IMG/VR virus record: IMGVR_UViG_3300028833_000110
Span: 31,832-95,831 of that record
DNA: 64,000 nucleotides
Source of the DNA: a virus
Lineage: Duplodnaviria; Caudoviricetes
Direction: 5' to 3' (one strand)
Each line of letters opens with the position of its first letter. Position 1 is the stretch's first letter. Positions 8,883-17,917 of the stretch are shown here, piece after piece. The notes beneath the pieces are model-generated. The model searched no databases. It was not told the DNA's origin and saw only the letters and a program-made list of their open reading frames with translations. The translations under genes were made by a program, and so were the position numbers.

Positions 8883-9808
8883 ATGTCAAATATATCGTTG
8901 TATTCTGTTAATAATTTTGATAATTCATTAATTTGGTAGGTATTGTCATTTTTAATTGACTTTAGTTTAGCTATATTATATTTATGCATATCAATTTCTT
9001 GGTTTATCTGTTGGGTGATGTTCCCCTTTATGTACTCTATCCTTTCTCTTAAATGCTCCTCATTTAATGAAAACACCCACCCCCTATCTCTCCTGCTGTG
9101 TTCTATTATTGGAATTATCTTCTTTGTTTTTGTATTCATGACTTTAAAGATATTACTTTCCGGTAAGTCTGATCTAGGATAATACCCACTAATAGGACTA
9201 GGTTGTGTAGTAGTACTAAAGTCACATATTGTACGTATTTTAGTATTTTTTATACAGTCTATAAAATTATCTTTAGTTATTATAAATTTATAAACATTTA
9301 TTGGTGGTTTTAATGATTTTATTCTGAAAAATCGTCCTATTGGATAGTAAAATCCATAGATCTCATTATTATTTAGAATAAGATCTCTAGTTTCCTTTAA
9401 TATACTATCAACACTTGTATTTTCTGTAGTAGAATTAAACAATTGGGTGTAATCCGATATGTTATATTTTTTTTTCAGTAATTCTATAATAATTATAGGC
9501 AAAACTGTTCCTCTAACTGGATACATACTAAATATATCATAAGGACCACAATATCCATACTCACTATACTTTATATTTAACACATTAGATAGCATATGAA
9601 AATACGGAGAATCATAACTAGCATCAATATATCTTTGTATAATAGTATTAATGACTCCCAACAAATCTAATTCAGTTTTTATTGTTGCATCTACTTCTAG
9701 TGATTTCAATAGAGGTGGATAAAAATTACGATAAGGAGAATAATAACGAGAGACATTGCTATTATAATCAATTCTACTTTGCTTTAATATTTCATAATAA
9801 GTCATCAT
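8867..9808 (-). CDS. Hypothetical protein, probable paralog of 9805..10701
   Basis: Similar TY.[ED]I.K start, LL.KY.I segment, C-terminal coiled coil. Confidence 0.7.
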   Translation of the reverse strand: MMTYYEILKQSRIDYNSNVSRYYSPYRNFYPPLLKSLEVDATIKTELDLLGVINTIIQRYIDASYDSPYFHMLSNVLNIKYSEYGYCGPYDIFSMYPVRGTVLPIIIIELLKKKYNISDYTQLFNSTTENTSVDSILKETRDLILNNNEIYGFYYPIGRFFRIKSLKPPINVYKFIITKDNFIDCIKNTKIRTICDFSTTTQPSPISGYYPRSDLPESNIFKVMNTKTKKIIPIIEHSRRDRGWVFSLNEEHLRERIEYIKGNITQQINQEIDMHKYNIAKLKSIKNDNTYQINELSKLLTEYNDIFDIWKDF

Positions 9809-10701
9809 GTTATTATTTTAAATAAACCATCATTCTCTATTAATAATCTCTTTTCTTTCGTTTTTTTTAATTCATTCAACTCTTTTTCTATATCTTGATT
9901 ATTTTTCAAGTTTTCTTCTAGTTTCCACCTTATTCTCCTACCAGCGTCTAGATGAACAGCATCAAATACATGCTCTAAATAGGGTATTAAGTGTTGTTTC
10001 GTTAAAAAAAACTTCCAATAAAAACTATTGCTAGGAATTTCTTTTCCCTTTTCATCTACTAAGATCAAAAGTGGGTTACTTCTTAGATTAGTATAAGAAG
10101 AACTATAAAATTTACCATCTAATATTGATCTCTTTATATTATCTTCTTTTATTCTAAGTTGATGAATCACCAATTTTTTATCGAAGTCTTTTAATATTCT
10201 TTCAGGATAAAGGGCATTACCAGTGAAAATCCCCAGAAAAGTTCCTCCGTTACTATACAATAAATCTGATATTATATTTATTATTTCACTACAATCTTGT
10301 TTCCAATCCAATTGTAATAGTTTCATTGGATTATCTTGTATTTCGTACTTATCAAGAAGTATGGTTAGTAGAGCGTATGATAATGAACTACTCCCGTCGA
10401 GGATAAATATATCTCCAAACCTTTGAAATAAACAATACCAATCTCCTATTCTACATATACCACTAGACTCGTCATAATAAGAATAGTTAGCTTTTCTTAT
10501 TAATTGACTGAGAAGATAAGATATATATTGTTTTTCTTTGGGCCAATTACTACTGTTTTTATTAAAATTAAAATCTAGATACTTAGCTGTATCTTCTTTT
10601 GTAGTATTCAACAGCGTAGTTTTTTCGTCTTCTGTTAAATCTGCGGTAATTCTTTTAATAATATCAAAATAAGTAGTTACCATAATATCATTTTTGTACA
10701 T
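9805..10701 (-). CDS. Hypothetical protein
   Basis: 298-aa ORF directly behind CCTTATA motif. Confidence 0.7.
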   Translation of the reverse strand: MYKNDIMVTTYFDIIKRITADLTEDEKTTLLNTTKEDTAKYLDFNFNKNSSNWPKEKQYISYLLSQLIRKANYSYYDESSGICRIGDWYCLFQRFGDIFILDGSSSLSYALLTILLDKYEIQDNPMKLLQLDWKQDCSEIINIISDLLYSNGGTFLGIFTGNALYPERILKDFDKKLVIHQLRIKEDNIKRSILDGKFYSSSYTNLRSNPLLILVDEKGKEIPSNSFYWKFFLTKQHLIPYLEHVFDAVHLDAGRRIRWKLEENLKNNQDIEKELNELKKTKEKRLLIENDGLFKIIT

Positions 10702-10735
10702 TTATAAGGGAATAAGGAAAAAAGAGCAGGATTAT

Positions 10736-11542
10736 TTATTTCCCGCTCTTATTTTTAAATTCATAGTAAGATTTTTTTAGTTTAGTATCATAAGAATTTT
10801 CCTTGTATCCGCTTCCATTATATCTTCTAGCGAATTCAGCCCAGTTTTTTGCCTGAAGATATGGAATGAGGCCTGTATTTTTCATAAATCTAATACCCAA
10901 TACAAACTGAGAATATTCAGATTGTTCCATTAGTTTCACAAATTCATTAATACTAGAACAACCGCACTTAGAAAAATTAACTCCCATAATTTGAAACATT
11001 CCCCAGCTTGTACTTTGGTCTGCTATTTCTTTGTCTATATATTTTCGGGCGGCTTCTAATCTGTTCCATTCTCTTTCTCCGCCCTTATATAGACTTTTAT
11101 TCCAGACCTTAGATAATAAAGCTGGATATTTTTTTAGTAGTTCTTCTATATTCCCTTTTCCAGCCTTTTTTAGTAGATTATATGCATAGTGAGCCTCATA
11201 TAGAACTTTAGGATGACCAGATGCGAGAAAACCAGAGCTTCCCCCAGTTTCTACTTTAACCACTGCCATAAGTACTTCGGGTTCTACTCCTAACATTTTT
11301 CCGAAAGTGATATAATCTTCTTTTAATACCTTTCCTGAGTCAGACTTTTTTTTATCAATAATAAGAGATGTCCAAGTATTAAATCCAACTACACCATCAG
11401 GATCCAAACCGTTTGTTTTTTGATATCCTCTAATAGTATTATCTAGATCCGAATCAAAGACATTTCTTTCTTTAACTCCCAAGAGATTACATAATATTTT
11501 TACGTCATCTCCATTACTACCTAATTTTATAGTACTATACAT
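10736..11542 (-). CDS. Endolysin: peptidoglycan-binding domain plus N-acetylmuramidase (DUF3380-type)
   Basis: GSNGDDV...YQ..NGL.PDGVVG..TW; AVVKVETGG, ILYEAH-like, SWGMFQIMG.N, WAEFARRYNG..Y..N.YD.KL. Confidence 0.9.
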   Translation of the reverse strand: MYSTIKLGSNGDDVKILCNLLGVKERNVFDSDLDNTIRGYQKTNGLDPDGVVGFNTWTSLIIDKKKSDSGKVLKEDYITFGKMLGVEPEVLMAVVKVETGGSSGFLASGHPKVLYEAHYAYNLLKKAGKGNIEELLKKYPALLSKVWNKSLYKGGEREWNRLEAARKYIDKEIADQSTSWGMFQIMGVNFSKCGCSSINEFVKLMEQSEYSQFVLGIRFMKNTGLIPYLQAKNWAEFARRYNGSGYKENSYDTKLKKSYYEFKNKSGK

Positions 11543-11557
11543 TAAAATTCCTTTCTT

Positions 11558-11698
11558 TTATTTACCTATAAGACCCTGAATACTATCCCCCATTATTTTT
11601 TTATATTCATTACCAACCTTTTTCATCCCATCTATAAATTGTTGTTGGTGATCTTTTTCTTTCTCTTTTTCTTTAGATTTTTTACGTAGTATCTTCAT
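11558..11698 (-). CDS. 46-aa leader-family peptide (MKILRKKS...)
   Basis: Not in ORF track; ATG overlaps stop of upstream gene; carries the KILR leader. Confidence 0.55.
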   Translation of the reverse strand: MKILRKKSKEKEKEKDHQQQFIDGMKKVGNEYKKIMGDSIQGLIGK

Positions 11699-13023
11699 TT
11701 GTTACCTCCAAATTTGTTTTTTATTAGCTTAGCTCCACCTCTAGTTAATTTTCCATAAGTAGCCCACTTTGATTTGTTTATAGTGCCACTTAGATAGGTT
11801 CCCCATGCAGTCCTAAACATTTCCTTTGCTTCCTTCAAATCATTTTCACTAACTCCACAATCTGTTAATACTTGATAACCATTGTAAGAGGCTAAAAATT
11901 CAATATAGAGGAGAGGAGAACGAAGGAGGAAGTTAGATACTATTCCAACTAATTCTCCAGTATTTCCTGCTAGCCCGCAACAAAATGCAACAAAGGATAT
12001 AAATTTTGAATTAAACATATTTCTTTTTCCATTACTTTGTAGCCAAGCTTTAGTGCCACCAGCTTTATCAATCAAGTAGTGTCCAATTTCATGAGCCAAA
12101 GCAATGGGAGTATCGAGTTCTGAATAACATATAACGTGTTTATTATTGTTATATGCCCAAAGAATCCAATCTAATATTGTTCTTTTTCTTTCAGGATCTC
12201 CATGTTTTTTTATTTTATCTATCTGTTCTTTATTCCAATTTGCAGGGTTGGTATAGAATGATCCAGTACCGAGATTCACTATTATTAAATCTTGGTAATT
12301 TTTCTTTACATAATTTATAATTTTTTTATAAACAGACTCATTAAATTTCCCTTTATATGAAGTTGTTAGTTTAATAGATAATCTTTTTCCCTCTTCTTTC
12401 ATTATTTTTGCTAATCCTAAATTTAATATAGAGGGAACTAAAGTAGCAACTATGGAAAATTGTTTTTGATATAGGGCTGGTGTTTTCTCTGGATCTAAGA
12501 AAATTTTAAACTCTGATCCATAAAACAACCGTAAGAAAATTAAGAACTCAAGAAAAGCTTTATATAAACTTACCCAACCCTCTTTTCGTAGTGGGACAGT
12601 AATTATAGGCTTTGGGGGATAATTACCTATTCTAACAAACTTATATTCCCAACCACAATCCTTTTTATGATATTTAGGGAGAATTGAGGCAAGTGGTCTA
12701 TATATACTACCCTCAGGGAAAGTTATTATTCCATCATTTATATAAAGAGGAATATCAAGCTGTCTATCAAACTTCATTTTGTGATCCCAAACAGATATAA
12801 GAGATCCAGACTTATAATTTCGGTTATTTGCAGGAAAGTTAATCTCTACTTCTTTTGGGAGATCAGAAACTTTAAATGATCCCCTTTTTATGTTATTTAG
12901 TTTATCTGTAGTTGATCGCATTTCATATTTATCATATAAATCCTTTCCTGCATATAAGTAAAATTTATATATGTCTTCCTGATCAAAATCCTTGAGGCTT
13001 ATTTGTTGTCGTAGTATTTTCAT
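11695..13023 (-). CDS. Leader-family protein with C-terminal HExxH Zn-peptidase domain
   Basis: MKILRQ start, internal QKQFS, AHEIGH...IEFLAS...TAWGTY. Confidence 0.8.
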   Translation of the reverse strand: MKILRQQISLKDFDQEDIYKFYLYAGKDLYDKYEMRSTTDKLNNIKRGSFKVSDLPKEVEINFPANNRNYKSGSLISVWDHKMKFDRQLDIPLYINDGIITFPEGSIYRPLASILPKYHKKDCGWEYKFVRIGNYPPKPIITVPLRKEGWVSLYKAFLEFLIFLRLFYGSEFKIFLDPEKTPALYQKQFSIVATLVPSILNLGLAKIMKEEGKRLSIKLTTSYKGKFNESVYKKIINYVKKNYQDLIIVNLGTGSFYTNPANWNKEQIDKIKKHGDPERKRTILDWILWAYNNNKHVICYSELDTPIALAHEIGHYLIDKAGGTKAWLQSNGKRNMFNSKFISFVAFCCGLAGNTGELVGIVSNFLLRSPLLYIEFLASYNGYQVLTDCGVSENDLKEAKEMFRTAWGTYLSGTINKSKWATYGKLTRGGAKLIKNKFGGNK

Positions 13024-13029
13024 GATAAT

Positions 13030-13263
13030 TTAGTGTTTATTAGCATGGTAGGCAGCTAATATTTCCTCACACTTTTCTTTAGAATCTTCTTCACATGTCC
13101 ACCATCTAGGGGGATTAGCTTTATAGGAAATTATACTCCATTTTCCATTAGGTTTTTTCTGGATGACACCTTCTTTTCTTCCACGTTCGGCTGTTTCTTT
13201 ATCTACAATTTCTCTGTCATCCTTTTTAGAGAATTGTTTCTGTTTATTTCTTAGTATAATCAT
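13030..13263 (-). CDS. Leader-family small protein
   Basis: MIILRNKQKQFS. Confidence 0.75.
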   Translation of the reverse strand: MIILRNKQKQFSKKDDREIVDKETAERGRKEGVIQKKPNGKWSIISYKANPPRWWTCEEDSKEKCEEILAAYHANKH

Positions 13264-13313
13264 GTTTACTTAAAATTAATGAAAATAAATAGAAAGATAT
13301 TTCTATCTCTCTA

Positions 13314-13610
13314 TCATTTTATTAGAATTTCTCCAAATTCATTATCCCAACTCCCTTTATATACAGCAATTTTAGGGGAGTTAATACCAAATCCAACGTA
13401 ATATATAATACCAGTTCCTTTTGGACAAAACCAATTTGAGCTATTTTGTAGTCCTTTTATAGCCTCCTTAAGACTTGGATAATATGAAGTAGGCTTTGAT
13501 CTTCTTTCATCTACTGTATTTTCAATGTACCAGACTCCCTTACCCTCCTTCTCTAATTTAGCTATCTTTTCATTTTTAATTAATTCAATATAAATCTCTT
13601 CAGTTGTCAT
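13314..13610 (-). CDS. Hypothetical protein
   Basis: Own CCTTATA motif at 13639-13645. Confidence 0.7.
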   Translation of the reverse strand: MTTEEIYIELIKNEKIAKLEKEGKGVWYIENTVDERRSKPTSYYPSLKEAIKGLQNSSNWFCPKGTGIIYYVGFGINSPKIAVYKGSWDNEFGEILIK

Positions 13611-13652
13611 AATATTACATATGTTTATTAATTACATATATAAGGGATTAGA

Positions 13653-14186
13653 TTACTTTTCCTCAGATTCATTTTTTCTCTTTCTTCTTCTGGATATATA
13701 AGTAGTTCCTCCGGCTATAACAGCGGGAGTAGCAATAAGAGCTGCTTTTCCACCTTTAGTTTTAGCAAAATCAGAAATCTTTTTACCAGCTTTTTCTACT
13801 TTATCCGCTACTTTCTGGTATTTTTCTCCTCTAACTTCTATGTCGGTTATTCCAGGTTTATTTGTTTTTCCAGATTTCTTATTTCTAATTTTATCAGCTA
13901 TATTCTCTGACCCCTTATCGGAATTTCTAGCTCCACGATAACCAAGATAACCAGCTCCCGCACCAAGTCCTGTGGCAGCAACACCAGCACCTATTTCTTC
14001 GGCAGAGTCACTAAAATCTCTTTCGGAATCATAGGATTTATTTTCATACATTTTCTTCTCTATAATTTCTCCGGTTATGTCATTTTTTGCAGATATTATA
14101 GCAAACTTACCTTCATTATCCTCTCCTATTTCCTTAATCTCAAAAGTCATGGGAATATCGGAATAAAGTTTTCTTTTTATTTTCAT
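13653..14186 (-). CDS. Leader-family glycine-zipper protein
   Basis: MKIKRKLYS, internal ERDFS, GAGVAATGLGAGAGYLG, basic tail. Confidence 0.75.
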   Translation of the reverse strand: MKIKRKLYSDIPMTFEIKEIGEDNEGKFAIISAKNDITGEIIEKKMYENKSYDSERDFSDSAEEIGAGVAATGLGAGAGYLGYRGARNSDKGSENIADKIRNKKSGKTNKPGITDIEVRGEKYQKVADKVEKAGKKISDFAKTKGGKAALIATPAVIAGGTTYISRRRKRKNESEEK

Positions 14187-14201
14187 ATTAAATCCTTTCT
14201 T

Positions 14202-14504
14202 TTATTTTAACCATGGCCACACTAAAATCCCAAAAATAGTATATAATATTTTTTCTTTTGTAGATCTTGGCCATTCTAAATCTGTATCTTTTGTTCTCTT
14301 TTCTTCATATCTAAGGTAATTATAAAGAAAACTATGAACAGCCCATTCAAGGCACATACCAGCAATACTCCTATTCTTTACTATATCTTTATCTGGATGA
14401 TCTTTTTTTATCTTTTCGAGTATTGGTCTATACTCTTTTTTAGGTATTAGATATGAATCATAGAGAATAATGCATTTGTTAGTAATTTTATAGTTTGGTT
14501 TCAT
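14202..14504 (-). CDS. Hypothetical protein
   Basis: 100-aa ORF, ATGA-coupled. Confidence 0.65.
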   Translation of the reverse strand: MKPNYKITNKCIILYDSYLIPKKEYRPILEKIKKDHPDKDIVKNRSIAGMCLEWAVHSFLYNYLRYEEKRTKDTDLEWPRSTKEKILYTIFGILVWPWLK

Positions 14505-15184
14505 ATCTTTTTATTCCTTTCTTTATTATAGGCGGTTATTTCATCTACATACTTATATAACATTCTTTTATCACTAGTCTCCGCATCTGATATCAGAAAG
14601 TGGTCAGTGAATAAGAAAATATTGAACCCTGTAATATCCATGTATAATCCCACCCCATCTATATCTTTCCACCGACATGTTTTAATCTTCTCTACGAACT
14701 TTCCTTTCGATTCTATGTCTTGTGGCAGCTTATATTCTTTTGGGATCATTAGTGCTATTTGATAACAACTACTAATATCAATGGAGGGAGGATAATCAGA
14801 GGGGTGTCGGATAGGTTTTCTTACTATTACTACCTCTCCATATTCTTTGTTATAGGCTATTATTCTATCCACATACTCATATATTATGGATTCTTCTATT
14901 GATGATATTCTGGAGAGTATCGTAAAATATCCATATAGCTTATATAGAGTATACTTGGTTATGTCTATATTCTTTACCTCAATCTCCTCATCTAGTTCTG
15001 TCCACTTGTCATCTAATACGGTAGAGTCAACAATTCTTCCTACCTTATTAAGGTCTTCCGGTATTTTATAGGCCTTCGGAATTAATAACATTATCATATA
15101 GTCATAGCAGAAAGTATCTATAAACGAAAATAAAGGAAGGATCTCTATGTGGTGCTTTAGTATAATTATTTTGTTATTTTCCAT
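14501..15184 (-). CDS. Hypothetical protein with internal domain duplication
   Basis: LLIPKAYKIPEDL/LMIPKEYKLPQDI and YEYVDRIIAYNKE/YKYVDEITAYNKE. Confidence 0.7.
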   Translation of the reverse strand: MENNKIIILKHHIEILPLFSFIDTFCYDYMIMLLIPKAYKIPEDLNKVGRIVDSTVLDDKWTELDEEIEVKNIDITKYTLYKLYGYFTILSRISSIEESIIYEYVDRIIAYNKEYGEVVIVRKPIRHPSDYPPSIDISSCYQIALMIPKEYKLPQDIESKGKFVEKIKTCRWKDIDGVGLYMDITGFNIFLFTDHFLISDAETSDKRMLYKYVDEITAYNKERNKKI

Positions 15185-15194
15185 ATCTGTTTTG

Positions 15195-16023
15195 TTAATT
15201 TTTAGGTTGGATTGTATTTCTTATAGTAGTTTTTATGTTAGCTAATCCTTTATTTTTGTAAGAATCCAGGGCTAGTTTATAATTTTTCTTGGCAGTTTCT
15301 ATGTCTTTTTTAGTAGCACCTGATTTTCTCAATACCCTTAATCCTTGCTTAGACGCTCTCCCTTCCTCAGCTATAATACTACCTTCATTTATAATGTCCT
15401 GTATTACATTCTTTATCCCAGACCTCCTATGTGTTCCCATCAAACTTTTAACCATTCCATAGTTTTCATTAGAGACTGGTATTGATTCCCCGGCTTTTTT
15501 GTGTATTAACTTTATTATGGGATTTTTACTTTGGTCATTAGAAACATGGCCAATTTCATGTGAGATTTGGTCAATTCCCTGTAATCTTGGTGGAATTATT
15601 ATCTGATACTTCATCTTTCCCCTCTCTGTCGATCTTCTTAGGCCATTAACTCTCCTTCGCTTATTTTTAAATTTTTCAGTTATATCTTCTGCATTTGAAA
15701 ATCTATTTGCCACCTCATTTGTCATAACTTGTGGAAACTGTGGTTTTTTGCTAGTTTTAATATCTAGGCGGGAAATTCTAGCTCCTCTTTTTTGAGCCTC
15801 TTTATATACATTTGTTCTAACGGCTTTACTACTTGGGAGTTTTATTATCCCTTCGTTTTTCAAATTTCCTATATTATATTCTCTCGCGATTATATTCCCT
15901 TCAATCGATTTTGTCAGTTTATTTGCAAGTTTTTTTTCTTAGCTTATTTACAGAATCACCTACAATACCAAACTCTTTCTGTTGATATTCTTCTAATGTA
16001 ATTCCCTTTCGTAATATTATCAT
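15195..16023 (-). pseudogene. Leader-family HExxH Zn-peptidase, split by one extra base in A8 run (15930-15937)
   Basis: MIILRKGITLEEYQQKEFG...KLRKK then +1 frame LANKLTKS...LKNEG...SHEIGH...EEGRAS..GL..LRKSGA...LALDSY. Confidence 0.7.
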
Positions 16024-16141
16024 AATTAATAAGTTTTAAATGAATAAAATAAAATAGAAAACCTAAGTCTTCTATTTCATTTTTATTTTATTCTTAACGT
16101 AAAGTCTTCATTTGCTTAAAAATTCCCAAATCAAAATTGCC

Positions 16142-16459
16142 TTAAGAATTTAGCCTTATCTCAGCTTTCACCCCCATAAGTTTCTTACAGGCTGAGAGAA
16201 GTTCGGTTTCAACTCTATCACCACTTACTTTTTCTATATTAACTGTTTTTCCGTCCTTATATAGTATTGAATACCAGTCTATAGTCTCAATTTTTATTCT
16301 CCCAGATCTTATAATATGCATTCCTATACCAGAAAATACAGTACGGGTGTTATCCTGTTCTATTCCTGATACTGTAAAAATAATTCTATAAGGAAGTTTA
16401 TCCTCATCTTTCCCTGTGATTAGAATAGTATCACCAACTACTACTTCTTTAGGTTTCAT
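16142..16459 (-). CDS. Hypothetical protein (VGD motif)
   Basis: 105-aa ORF. Confidence 0.65.
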   Translation of the reverse strand: MKPKEVVVGDTILITGKDEDKLPYRIIFTVSGIEQDNTRTVFSGIGMHIIRSGRIKIETIDWYSILYKDGKTVNIEKVSGDRVETELLSACKKLMGVKAEIRLNS

Positions 16460-16462
16460 AAT

Positions 16463-16876
16463 TTATTCTCGGTTTAAAATATCTGCATTTCTTTCTAGCC
16501 AGTTTTCCAGGAGTTCATCAAATTCTTGTCTTGGTACAATACTATACTCTCCATTATCCCAATCTTCCCAGTCTATGATGTGGTAATGGTTTGTCTCTAT
16601 ATTTATCCTTTTATTTCCTTTATCTTCTGTGATGGTTATAAAAATCCCATAAAATCCAGTGTATCCCCAATCTATTTGTTCTGCATCCCCTATTATCCTA
16701 AACCAGGAAATACCAGTTAGAGTAATAGTAGATACACTCCTTTTTATTATTTTTCCTTTCAAATCTGGGAGAGGATTTTTGTATGTCCCTAGTTCAATTT
16801 CTAATTCTTTTATTTCATCTTTTAAGTCCCTAAGTTGCTTTTTCTTTTTCTCTAACTCTTTTTTTAACTTTCCCAT
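16463..16876 (-). CDS. Hypothetical protein with N-terminal coiled coil
   Basis: 137-aa ORF. Confidence 0.65.
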   Translation of the reverse strand: MGKLKKELEKKKKQLRDLKDEIKELEIELGTYKNPLPDLKGKIIKRSVSTITLTGISWFRIIGDAEQIDWGYTGFYGIFITITEDKGNKRINIETNHYHIIDWEDWDNGEYSIVPRQEFDELLENWLERNADILNRE

Positions 16877-16987
16877 AATTTTGTATTTTATTATTTGTTC
16901 CCATGTTCTGAATTAACAGATACATACTCCGAGGATAGGAATATACATGGGAAATGAACACTAATCTTAACTCCTCCTTTTTAATTT

Positions 16988-17425
16988 TTATCGATTAGGT
17001 TCATTATATTCTTCATAAAATTTTATTATATCATATATATTTGTTTCATGAACACGTAACTGACCTAACTTATAAAAATATCCCATAGTATAGTTCATAT
17101 TAGTTTCACATTCTATAGGAACAAAACATGTTAAAAGCTGATAAGTCGTCATACTAAATTTTTTCCCTAACTCATTATCGCTTCTAATCTCAAAATTACC
17201 GTCATTATGGTACTCAAACCAATACGTTTCTCCTTTTTTTAACCAAGATAGAAATGGTTTTATACATCTAAAAAATCTCCCACTTACAAACTCGGAGATT
17301 GCTTTTTCATTTAGTAAAAAATCACTGGTTGGAATCATAAGTTTTTCTTCTGGATATAATGTTTTTTTAATAAATTCTCCATTAATTATAAAATAGTCTC
17401 CTACATCAAAAGTTTTTCCCATCAT
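16988..17425 (-). CDS. Hypothetical protein
   Basis: CCTTATA motif directly upstream. Confidence 0.65.
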   Translation of the reverse strand: MMGKTFDVGDYFIINGEFIKKTLYPEEKLMIPTSDFLLNEKAISEFVSGRFFRCIKPFLSWLKKGETYWFEYHNDGNFEIRSDNELGKKFSMTTYQLLTCFVPIECETNMNYTMGYFYKLGQLRVHETNIYDIIKFYEEYNEPNR

Positions 17426-17446
17426 TTATAAGGTTATCGAGTTAGG

Positions 17447-17851
17447 TTATCGGAGTTCTATCATTGCTCTTCCTGTTAGAACTTTTCCATCCTTGCAAAT
17501 GATACTAACAGCCATAGTTTCCTTATCCTTACAAGTACCTGTTATTAAAAAAGATTTCCACTCTCTAGGACATGCAGAAGTAGGCTCAAACTCATTGCTT
17601 AAACTCCAATATATAAAACTTTTAGAATCCGCATTTCCTTCAACTTCAAAACTTCCAGACTCTACTTTGAATGTACAGTTCTTTCCCAGGAATCGACTTT
17701 TATCTACAAAACGATCAATAGGTAAAACCCCAAAAATAGTCTCACCACCAATCTCATCTTCATATTCCTTTCCCAATTCTTTTATAGCACCCCTAAACAT
17801 TGTTTTTAGTGTATCTTTAAGAGAATAACTTTTTGTTCTTAGTATTTTCAT
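17447..17851 (-). CDS. Leader-family protein
   Basis: MKILRTKSYS. Confidence 0.75.
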   Translation of the reverse strand: MKILRTKSYSLKDTLKTMFRGAIKELGKEYEDEIGGETIFGVLPIDRFVDKSRFLGKNCTFKVESGSFEVEGNADSKSFIYWSLSNEFEPTSACPREWKSFLITGTCKDKETMAVSIICKDGKVLTGRAMIELR

Positions 17852-17917
17852 TTTTTATATTATTTAAAGAAAAAATGACTAAGCTTTTATACTTAATCAT
17901 TCTTTTTTTTGTTTGTT

